A DNA stretch of 64,000 bases from an uncultured Gemmatimonadaceae bacterium (GTDB taxonomy: Bacteria > Gemmatimonadota > Gemmatimonadetes > Gemmatimonadales > GWC2-71-9), in the NCBI GenBank assembly GCA_964518955.1, contig CAZFHS010000005.1:67175-131174 (forward strand), read 5' to 3'. Shown here piece by piece: positions 56,153-64,000 of the stretch (positions are counted from its first letter, which is position 1; the number at the start of each line of letters is the position of its first letter). The position numbers and the translations under genes were made by a program. The notes under the pieces are model-generated. The model ran no database searches, was not told the DNA's origin, and worked only from the letters and a program-made list of their open reading frames with translations.

Positions 56153-57051
56153 GCAGCCCGGGATGCTCGCAGCGCACCAAGTTCGCTCGCCAAGGCAACT
56201 GCCTGCCGCATGGAACCTGGATCTGCAACTCCCTGACCGGCGATGTCCATAGCGGTCCCATGATCGGGGGCCGTGCGAATGAACGGCAGACCGAGAGTCA
56301 CATTCACCCCGCTACCGAAACCGGCCATCTTCACGGCGGTCATCCCGACGTCATGATATGGCACCACAACGGCGTCGAATTCTCCGCGGAGCGCCTTCAC
56401 GAAAACCGTGTCTGCCGGCAGCGGACCGATAGCACCTAGCTCACGAGCCGCCGGCCCCAGAATCTCGTCGTCTTCTCGCCCGAACAACCCACCGTCGCCG
56501 ACGTGGGGATTCAGCGCGCACAGTGCAATGCGAGGTTGCTGCAGCCCCCACCAATCGCGAAGTGCCTGTTCGGTGTGCCGACCTGCACGTTCGATCTGAC
56601 GTCGCGTCACGGCATCTGCCACTTCTCGAATGGCAATGTGAGTGGTGATCAATGCCACTCTCAACTTGCCGGAGACTAGCATCATCGTTGTTTCGACTCC
56701 GCCGGCAAGCTCTCCAAGCCACTCCGTGTGACCGGGATAACGGTACCCGGCTTCTTGAAATGCCTTCTTCTCAGCGGGACCTGTGACTATGGCATCGACA
56801 TCATTCGAGAGGGCAAGAGAGGCGGCCTTTTCCACCTGAAGGCCGACGAGACGGCCAGCCTGCTTTGCCGACACACCGGAGGCAGGCATTTCCCCAACAA
56901 CCATCTGTTCACATGGCAGATCGGCGACACACTGCTCCGGCCCGACTGCGACAATCTCCGCCGAGCCGGGCGGATCATCCAATACCTTGGCGACAACCTC
57001 AGGCCCTATTCCTCGAGGATCGCCCACCGTAATCAGAATACGGGGGGTCAC
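56149..57051 (-). CDS. pdxA: 4-hydroxythreonine-4-phosphate dehydrogenase
   Basis: GDPRGIGPEV, GHTEWL, LNPHVGDGGLFG and TAPDHGTAMDIAGQGVADPGSM. Confidence 0.9.
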   Translation of the reverse strand: MTPRILITVGDPRGIGPEVVAKVLDDPPGSAEIVAVGPEQCVADLPCEQMVVGEMPASGVSAKQAGRLVGLQVEKAASLALSNDVDAIVTGPAEKKAFQEAGYRYPGHTEWLGELAGGVETTMMLVSGKLRVALITTHIAIREVADAVTRRQIERAGRHTEQALRDWWGLQQPRIALCALNPHVGDGGLFGREDDEILGPAARELGAIGPLPADTVFVKALRGEFDAVVVPYHDVGMTAVKMAGFGSGVNVTLGLPFIRTAPDHGTAMDIAGQGVADPGSMRQAVALASELGALRASRAA

Positions 57052-58391
57052 AACCCCCCAACCCGTATATCGATGTAGGTTGCCTCACGCAGTGAGTCGA
57101 TGTAACGCTGAATCGCGTTTTCTTCCCCGAGGCCCTGTCGCAGTTGGTCGCGAAGATCTTCGAATTCGGCGGGACCTTCCGGGCGTTCCTGGAGGAAGAT
57201 CAGCACCGCGTATAGGGTGCGCCCATTCCCGCGGTCGAGCGCCACCGGCCCGATAACCTCGTTTGGTTGGGCACCGGCCAACGGCTGTTGATAGGGCTCC
57301 GGCAAGCCTTCGAGTGGGAGATCCTCGATCAAGCGCTCTTCCGTGCGATCGTGATACAAAGTCGCGAGCGAGTCGAATGGCACTTCATCACGGAGCATGT
57401 CCATCACCGAGTCGGCGCGGCTCCTGGCAATTTCTCGGTTCTCATCAGTGAAACCGGGAGAGACCAGTATATGGCGCACTTGCACGGATGCCGGCTCGGC
57501 GCGCTGCACCTGGATGATATGGAACCCGAAGGGTGTGTATACGGGCAAGGAATACGCGCCGGGCTGTAACCTGAACGCTGCATTCTCAAACTCGCGCACG
57601 AGGCCTTGTCCGCGTCTCACCCAGCCGAGATTACCTCCTTGTTCCCTAGTGCCGATGTCGTCGGAGTGTGCCGCGGCGAGGGCCGCAAAGTCCTCGCCAT
57701 CCAGCAACCGGGTCCGCAACGTGTCCGCACGGTCGAATGCGTCGCGCAGCGCGGCGCTATCCGGTTGGGTAGCCACTACGATCTGCCTGAACGACACGGT
57801 AGCGGGTCGGCGCGGATGGCGTTCGCGAGTTGCCTCGAACGCCGCGCGCATCTCTTCCTCTGTCGGCGGCAGCGGCCTCAGCTCCCCCATTTGCCTGAGT
57901 AGCTGGAGCAGACTCGAGCGCAACATCTCGCGCCGCTGCTGTTCGGTTCGGTACAGCCGGTAGTCGTCGAGCGAGCTGAACCCTGCTATCTGCAGATCCC
58001 GCTCGAGTTCTGCTTGCGAGTTGAAGCTATTTCGAATACCCTGAATGGCTTCGTCGACCACACCCTGCACATCTTCAGCGGTCACGACAACCATGGTGTC
58101 GCGTTCAGCCGCCTGCACGATCAGTTCGTCATCAATCAAACCCTGGAGCAGTTGGCGCTGCAGCTGAGCCAGACCCTCCGGATCAGTCGGAACGACGCCT
58201 CCCTGGGTCCTAAAAGTCTGGATCTGTTCGTTAATGCGTGAGACCGGGATCGGAGTGTCACCCACGATGGCGGCAATGCCGTCGACCGGCACGCGCAGGA
58301 CATCCTGCGCCGCAGTGGTGATGGTTAGCGTGACGGAAATTGCGACCGCCAGCAACAATGATCTATGATACATCTCTTTCGTCTCCTGCAA
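57048..58391 (-). CDS. SurA-like periplasmic chaperone / parvulin PPIase
   Basis: Signal peptide, SurA-N-like helical region and a parvulin domain (VRHILV...GGNLGWV..GQGLVREFENAAF...FGFHIIQV). Operon with pdxA, as in the classical surA-pdxA arrangement. Confidence 0.75.
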   Translation of the reverse strand: MQETKEMYHRSLLLAVAISVTLTITTAAQDVLRVPVDGIAAIVGDTPIPVSRINEQIQTFRTQGGVVPTDPEGLAQLQRQLLQGLIDDELIVQAAERDTMVVVTAEDVQGVVDEAIQGIRNSFNSQAELERDLQIAGFSSLDDYRLYRTEQQRREMLRSSLLQLLRQMGELRPLPPTEEEMRAAFEATRERHPRRPATVSFRQIVVATQPDSAALRDAFDRADTLRTRLLDGEDFAALAAAHSDDIGTREQGGNLGWVRRGQGLVREFENAAFRLQPGAYSLPVYTPFGFHIIQVQRAEPASVQVRHILVSPGFTDENREIARSRADSVMDMLRDEVPFDSLATLYHDRTEERLIEDLPLEGLPEPYQQPLAGAQPNEVIGPVALDRGNGRTLYAVLIFLQERPEGPAEFEDLRDQLRQGLGEENAIQRYIDSLREATYIDIRVGGL

Positions 58392-58394
58392 TCC

Positions 58395-59756
58395 CTATGG
58401 CGTTGTACTGTCTCTCGCCGCACGTAGTTCCACCGCGAGTCGCACGGCGCGATTCAGCCCACCATAATAGAATCCCCAATTGTCTTCTTCACGGAGTTTC
58501 GCCGCCAGCAGCGGTGGCACGATTTGCATACCAGCCTGTACGTCCGCCGTTCGGGTCAAGTAACGCTCCAGAACCTCCCGCGCCACAGTCTTGCGTTCTG
58601 CATCGGTTCGAGCGCGGGCCAACACCGAATCGATGCCCAACGCATTGTGAAGGTCGCGGAGGGTGCTCTCGTAGTCGCTCTTGTATTGGGAATACTCCTG
58701 TTCGGTGATCTCGATTCCCCGGTTGACGACCTCGACCTTAAGTAGATCGTTATTGATCGCGCGATGAACCATCTCCACGAGTTCTTCATCGCTGGAGCCA
58801 TCAATTGCCATGTGTTCCTCGCGCGACATCACCTGAAGCCAGTGTACAAAACCGACATCTGTCAGCTCGCCTCCGTCGTACGAAGCGATCACTCTGCGGG
58901 GCTCCAACGCCAGGATCCTCAGCGGTCGAGCAGCCGCGTCTCTGATAATCTCAGGCGCTTCGTCCGAAACTCGCACGTCTCGCCGTTCAGCCATTTCAGC
59001 AAGCATGGCGTCCATGTATCTGTCCGCCAGCAAAACACCGATGTTGTCGATGAAGTCCTCGCGAACCTCCGACAACGGCGGCCGCCGTATTATGTGGAAT
59101 CCGTAATAGGTTTCGACTATGTCCGAGAGCCCACCCGGCTCCAAGTCATACGCCGCCTGCTCAAATTCGGGTACGGTCTGTCCACGTTCGATCATCCCCA
59201 AACGGCCGCCAAGCGGCTTCGTCTCGGGATCTTCCGATTCTTCTACTGCACGGCTCCAACTTCCGCCTGACACGAGCCTGTCGTGGACGCGCTCGGCCTT
59301 GCGAAGCTGCTGTTCCTTCTGGCTCTCAGTGAGCGAGGTTCCAGTACGAATCAGAATATGTTCCATGATCCTGTGGTCACCGGCCACGAACGCACTATCC
59401 ACAACCGCGGAGTCCAAAGTCACCCCATCCGCAACGATCTGGTCGTGCATTCTGGCTACCTTCACCGTCAAGACCTCGGGCCACTTTGCCCGAAGCACTG
59501 TGAGTGAGTCGGTGAACGATTCGCCATCAGCCAACCGCTGCAGGTAGAGGGAGTACTGAACCCACAACCATGCCCAACGTTCCATGATGGTAGGCTGGAG
59601 AACGATAGTGCCGTTCGCCATTGTTTCGGCGAACCATTCGGTCGTTAGCACCTGATCGCCCGCACGAGCAACGACTCTGCGGCTGAAATAGTCCACCGTG
59701 CTGCAGCCACTGACGCACAGAAATACGATCGCGATTATCAATCGACGCATTGTCAC
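58395..59756 (-). CDS. parvulin-type PPIase lipoprotein (SurA/PpiD-like)
   Basis: Lipobox FLCVSGCS. Parvulin segment HILIRT...GGRLGMIERGQTVPEFEQAAYDL..GGLSDIVETYYGFHIIRR. Confidence 0.6.
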   Translation of the reverse strand: MTMRRLIIAIVFLCVSGCSTVDYFSRRVVARAGDQVLTTEWFAETMANGTIVLQPTIMERWAWLWVQYSLYLQRLADGESFTDSLTVLRAKWPEVLTVKVARMHDQIVADGVTLDSAVVDSAFVAGDHRIMEHILIRTGTSLTESQKEQQLRKAERVHDRLVSGGSWSRAVEESEDPETKPLGGRLGMIERGQTVPEFEQAAYDLEPGGLSDIVETYYGFHIIRRPPLSEVREDFIDNIGVLLADRYMDAMLAEMAERRDVRVSDEAPEIIRDAAARPLRILALEPRRVIASYDGGELTDVGFVHWLQVMSREEHMAIDGSSDEELVEMVHRAINNDLLKVEVVNRGIEITEQEYSQYKSDYESTLRDLHNALGIDSVLARARTDAERKTVAREVLERYLTRTADVQAGMQIVPPLLAAKLREEDNWGFYYGGLNRAVRLAVELRAARDSTTP

Positions 59757-62700
59757 TCCTGCTCCGCTCCAGTGCCTCGAGCACTGGAACTCGTATGTTC
59801 ATCCCCAAGCGCAGTGGAAAGGACCCTGACCAATCCCGAATCGATCGGAACGCCGCCGAGACGTTTCAGTTTGAGTGAAAGTGGCACGGTCCGCCTCACG
59901 TCAGCGGCAAACTGGACCTCGTCCGTGGCAGCCGAGAGTCGCATGAGGCGCGGCGCCGCGCCGGCCCGAAATCGCAATCGTGCGTCATCGCCGCGGACGA
60001 TTATCGTCTCGAGTCCCAACCTCGCACCCAGCGCCCGCAACTCAGACACGACCAGCATACGGTTGGCCTGATCGGGCAGCGGCCCGAAGCGATCTTTGAG
60101 CTCCTCTCTCAACGCCCCAATCTCGCCAACCACGCTGGCGCGCGCTAGACGTCGGTAGAAGTCCAGCTTTGCATCGTCATCGGGCACGTACGAATCGGGC
60201 AGGTATGCCGGCGCGTCCAGGATCACCTCTGGCGCCGGTGGTTCCTCGTCTCGGTTCTCGCCCTTCATGGCTTGGACCGTTTCGTTCAACCAGCGCAGAA
60301 ACAGGTCGAATCCAACTGCATGCGCATAGCCCGACTGTTCTGCGCCCAGCAAGTTTCCCGCTCCACGCAACTCGAGGTCTCTCAACGCGATTCGATACCC
60401 GGAACCTAGCTCCGTGTGGTGTTCGAGCACCTTGAGGCGCCTTTCACCATCCGGGTGCACGTTGTCCGGTACGATGAGGTAGCAGTACGCTTGCCGGTGC
60501 CCTCGCCCTACGCGACCCCGAAGTTGATAGAGCTGTGCCAGTCCGAAGTTCTGTGCCTGGTGGACGATCATCGTATTCGCATTTGGCACGTCCAATCCTG
60601 ACTCGACGATCATCGTCGAAACGAGCACATCAAGATTGCCGTTCACGAATTTGCGCATCACCGCGTCTAGAGTGCGTTCGCGCATCTGACCGTGAGCCAC
60701 CCCAACCGTCGCACGGGAAGACGGAACCAGGCGCCGGACGCGTTCGGCAATGGTATCGATGGTCTCGACCCGGTTGTGGACGAAGAACACCTGACCGCCG
60801 CGATCGAGCTCTCGTGCCAGTACCTCCTCCAGCAGCCCGTCATCCCACGGCTCCACAAACGTGAGAACGGGAGATCGATCGCGAGGAGCAGTCTCCATGA
60901 CCGTGAGATCCCGTAAACCCGAGAGCGCCAGATGGAGCGTCCGCGGAATCGGTGTGGTGGTCATTGTTATCACGTCCACCTCCAACCGGAGCGCCTTCAA
61001 CCGTTCCTTGTGCTTCACACCAAACCGATGCTCTTCGTCGACAATCAACAGGCCCAGTTCCTTGAACTCGACATCTTTTGACAGAACCCGATGGGTGCCG
61101 ATGACGATGTCGACCAGGCCTTCGTTCAGGCCCTTTAGCACCTCCTTCTGTTCGACTGCGGTCCTGAACCTCGAGAGCACCTCCACTCGCACGGGATACT
61201 CCGCAAGGCGCTCTCCAAATGTCCTGCCGTATTGCTCGGCGAGAATCGTGGTCGGCACCAGTACGGCCACTTGTTTGCCAGCCTGCACGGCTTTGAACGC
61301 GCAGCGGACAGCAACTTCGGTCTTTCCATAGCCCACATCGCCCACTACCAACCTATCGGCAGGCTGCGGGCGTTCCATGTCCCTTTTGGACTCCTCGGTC
61401 GCTTTACGCTGATCGGGTGTGTCTTCATACAGGAACGAGGATTCCAACTCCTTCTGCCACCGGGTGTCGGGGGGGTATGGGAACCCATTTGAAATCGATC
61501 GTCTTGCATAGAGTTCCAGCAAATCGGCAGCGAGTTTTCGGATCGACTTCTCCGTTTTCGAGCGCTGCTTCCGCCATCTGGTGCTGCCCAGCCTGTCGAT
61601 CCGGGGCGGCGTACTCCCATCACTATCGGCGCCGAGACGATATGGTTCGATCTGGTCGAGTCCGTAGAGCGGTACGTTGAGCCTGTCGCCGCCCTCGTAC
61701 TCGAGCACGATCACCTCCATCGTCGCACCTTCTCCAACACGTATTACCTGGATCCCGCGATAGATGCCTATACCGTGTTCGAGATGCACGACATAGTCGC
61801 CCGGAGACAGTGCACCTACCGCGGCCTCAGTCGCCTGCCGGTATCGACGCAGCCGCCTCACGCGGCGAGCACGCCGGAAGATCTCATGGTCGGTCAGTAC
61901 AGCGAGCGCGGGAAGCGAGAACCCACCATGGAGTGACCCCAGCGCAAGCGTGACTGTGGACGGGATCCGGGCGCCAGGCACGTCCGTCTCCGAAAGTAGT
62001 TCTTCCAGGCGTTCCAGCTGGCCTTCGTTGTCGCAGAGTACGAGCGTCGGGCCAGCTCGCACCGCGCGGGATAGGCGCTTCATATCGCGCAGTATCTCTG
62101 GTGGCGGCGACAACCCAATATCGACGTCGGCCGACTCAACGACGTTAATGCGTCCGAACCCGTTCCATCGTTCCGCCCAGGCCCCTGGTGAGTGAAACAC
62201 CGCCTCTCTGCCCGGGACATCCTCACCTCGTCTGCGAGCTATCTGCAGGTGGTGCTCTGCGTCCTCCCAAACCCGTTCTACCTCCTTGCGTTCGCTGCCT
62301 TCCGTGAGCACCAAGAGGGTGTCGGGCGGCAGTAGGTCGAGGAGAGATTGCCGGTGTTCCCCAACCTCTCCATCCCCTTCAGGGCGGTAGGGCGGTAGGG
62401 CGATAGGGCGGTCTTCGTCCACGGCCGCATCCGCCGCCTTCGGATGCACCGGCAGAATGGTGACCGAATCAACAGGCCCCTCGGATCTCTGGCTGTCGAG
62501 GTCAAACTCCCGAATCGAGACGATCTCGTCGCCCCACCACTCAATCCTGGCCGGAGCGGCCATGCCGAATCCATATACGTCGACGATGCCGCCGCGTACC
62601 GCGTACTGGGCTACGTCGAGGGTCGACGGGCGGCGTTCGTACCCCATAGACTCGAGCCGATCGACGAAGTCGCTCAACCTGATCGATGTTCCCTCAGCAC

Positions 62701-63121
62701 AGTAAATCCGTGTTCGTTGCACAGCTCCAGCCATGCGAGTCAACTCGACAGTGGCAATGAGCGTTGTGACCAACACACTCACGTCACCTCCGAGGACCGC
62801 ATCTATGGTCTCCACTCGTTCACCGGCAATCTCGAAGTGAGGCTCTTCCTCGCCGAGCGCTTCTCTCTGGGGAAATAACCTCACCCCTTCGCCAAGCAGC
62901 ACCTTCAGGTCGGCGTACCAACTCTCAGCGTCGACGGGATTCGAAGCTACGAGTGCAATGACGCGTTGAGGGTGGGCTTCATTCAGGGACGCGACGAGGA
63001 CTGCGGTACTCGAACCCGGCAGGCCGCAGACGTCCAGTGTTTCCTGGCGCCGTGGCGATGCACGTTCCAGATCGCGAACGGTCGAGATGGCGCGAAATGC
63101 CGATACCAGACCGGGCAGCAT
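59753..63121 (-). CDS. mfd: transcription-repair coupling factor
   Basis: 1122 aa. RNAP-interacting CarD-like segment (GDYVVHLEHGIGIY), SF2 helicase motifs (GDVGYGKTEVA, DEEHRFG, TTTPIPRTL, QLRGRVGR) and a TRG-type C-terminus. Confidence 0.92.
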   Translation of the reverse strand: MLPGLVSAFRAISTVRDLERASPRRQETLDVCGLPGSSTAVLVASLNEAHPQRVIALVASNPVDAESWYADLKVLLGEGVRLFPQREALGEEEPHFEIAGERVETIDAVLGGDVSVLVTTLIATVELTRMAGAVQRTRIYCAEGTSIRLSDFVDRLESMGYERRPSTLDVAQYAVRGGIVDVYGFGMAAPARIEWWGDEIVSIREFDLDSQRSEGPVDSVTILPVHPKAADAAVDEDRPIALPPYRPEGDGEVGEHRQSLLDLLPPDTLLVLTEGSERKEVERVWEDAEHHLQIARRRGEDVPGREAVFHSPGAWAERWNGFGRINVVESADVDIGLSPPPEILRDMKRLSRAVRAGPTLVLCDNEGQLERLEELLSETDVPGARIPSTVTLALGSLHGGFSLPALAVLTDHEIFRRARRVRRLRRYRQATEAAVGALSPGDYVVHLEHGIGIYRGIQVIRVGEGATMEVIVLEYEGGDRLNVPLYGLDQIEPYRLGADSDGSTPPRIDRLGSTRWRKQRSKTEKSIRKLAADLLELYARRSISNGFPYPPDTRWQKELESSFLYEDTPDQRKATEESKRDMERPQPADRLVVGDVGYGKTEVAVRCAFKAVQAGKQVAVLVPTTILAEQYGRTFGERLAEYPVRVEVLSRFRTAVEQKEVLKGLNEGLVDIVIGTHRVLSKDVEFKELGLLIVDEEHRFGVKHKERLKALRLEVDVITMTTTPIPRTLHLALSGLRDLTVMETAPRDRSPVLTFVEPWDDGLLEEVLARELDRGGQVFFVHNRVETIDTIAERVRRLVPSSRATVGVAHGQMRERTLDAVMRKFVNGNLDVLVSTMIVESGLDVPNANTMIVHQAQNFGLAQLYQLRGRVGRGHRQAYCYLIVPDNVHPDGERRLKVLEHHTELGSGYRIALRDLELRGAGNLLGAEQSGYAHAVGFDLFLRWLNETVQAMKGENRDEEPPAPEVILDAPAYLPDSYVPDDDAKLDFYRRLARASVVGEIGALREELKDRFGPLPDQANRMLVVSELRALGARLGLETIIVRGDDARLRFRAGAAPRLMRLSAATDEVQFAADVRRTVPLSLKLKRLGGVPIDSGLVRVLSTALGDEHTSSSARGTGAEQE

Positions 63122-64000
63122 TATCCGGCTGTCCTCGTCTGACCTCCGGAACTGGCAACTACGAACTCGCCGACCGCCGCCATCAATGCTGCTACCAGGA
63201 AAACGCCTGTGAGATTGATCTGCCCTTCACCGCCGAAGAGCCCTCCAAACAGCGATGCCGAATCGAGTACCCGAGACTCCTCGCCAAACGCAGCCCGGAG
63301 TTGTTCCCGATCGGCAACCGTAAGGCGGGACTCCCTGACATCTGCGTTCACCTCGAGTGCGCCAATCGTGTCACCGCCGGCACCGCGGAGGAAGTGGATT
63401 CCGATATGCTGTGGGGCCAGGATACGGCGACTGCTGGGCACCGTCGTCACTTCGGCGGATCGCGCGCCGACCATTGAACGCGCGCCCACCGGGAGTTCAA
63501 CTACTTCGCCGGGGCTACCTCTGACGACCCAACTCTCTTCGGCGGCGATTCTATTGATGAGGTAGTCAACAAACGGTACGAACGAGGCACTCAAAGGAAG
63601 GCGTGTCCAGTCCGGCTCCATTCTACTTGCGACCAGCACGACATTGCCGCTGCGCACGAGCCACGGCTCACCACCCACCGACGCAAACACGTCGCCTGTG
63701 CCTGCCAGGCGATATCGCCGGAACACTTCGGCCCCTTCGGCAACGTTGGATTCTTCAGATAGCGCCCACTCTCCCTGAACGAGAGCCCCGAACTGCCACG
63801 TCACTCCCTGCATGTTCAAGGTGCGATTCAACGCACCCACCAATGCTGGATCGGAAGGCGGGAAAATCATGGACACACCCATCTGCGACATTCGACCGAT
63901 CGATACCTGCTCGCCCGACTCGGCGCGTCCACCCTCTCGAAGTACCGCGAGCGCTTCCTCCAAGAACGCCCCAACATCAGGCCCCGCACTCACACGCGCG
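63121..64000 (-). CDS. hypothetical membrane-anchored protein (5' end outside window)
   Basis: The frame stays open to the window edge. C-terminal TM helix (LTGVFLVAALMAAVGEFVVA). Its TAA overlaps the mfd ATG by 1 nt. No family recognised. Confidence 0.45.
   Translation of the reverse strand, partial: ARVSAGPDVGAFLEEALAVLREGGRAESGEQVSIGRMSQMGVSMIFPPSDPALVGALNRTLNMQGVTWQFGALVQGEWALSEESNVAEGAEVFRRYRLAGTGDVFASVGGEPWLVRSGNVVLVASRMEPDWTRLPLSASFVPFVDYLINRIAAEESWVVRGSPGEVVELPVGARSMVGARSAEVTTVPSSRRILAPQHIGIHFLRGAGGDTIGALEVNADVRESRLTVADREQLRAAFGEESRVLDSASLFGGLFGGEGQINLTGVFLVAALMAAVGEFVVASSGGQTRTAG

Overview
High-GC, densely coding bacterial chromosomal segment. The gene content (many DUF5916/CBM9-type exported proteins, Ser/Thr kinases with TolB-like plus TPR tails, Tat/lipoprotein-rich secretome) suggests a Gemmatimonadota-like or related environmental lineage; that is a low-confidence inference. 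Recognisable housekeeping genes are queF-queC-queE, rmuC, dut, gpmI, dinB, pdxA, two SurA/parvulin PPIases, mfd and a tRNA-Ile(GAU). Envelope and stress genes include a flotillin/YqiJ pair, a second SPFH protein, a ClC channel, a MATE transporter, a CNNM/CorC protein, EamA and VanZ. One 16-kb stretch carries three full-length DUF5916 paralogues, one collapsed pseudogene copy and two zinc peptidases. The most interesting region is 44.5-54.7 kb. The last 46 nt of tRNA-Ile occur three times as direct repeats, and the conserved flanking arms read B-O-P' / P-O-P' / P-O-B'. This is the footprint of two related islands integrated in tandem into the tRNA 3' end. Each repeat is followed by its own intrinsic terminator, and I can find no recombinase gene. 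Island 1 carries a transmembrane Ser/Thr kinase, a beta-propeller-like lipoprotein and a large M23-domain secreted protein. Island 2 carries a wHTH-plus-minimal-nucleotidyltransferase operon behind three 20-bp-phased palindromic operators, next to a decayed IS903/IS5-like element. Other oddities are a DUF4384 protein with a (GY)n microsatellite and a 39-nt tandem-repeat Arg/Ser/Thr/Pro tail, an octanucleotide repeat inside a kinase catalytic domain, and a homopurine mirror repeat/G4 hairpin. All family calls come from motif recognition by eye; no database search was possible.
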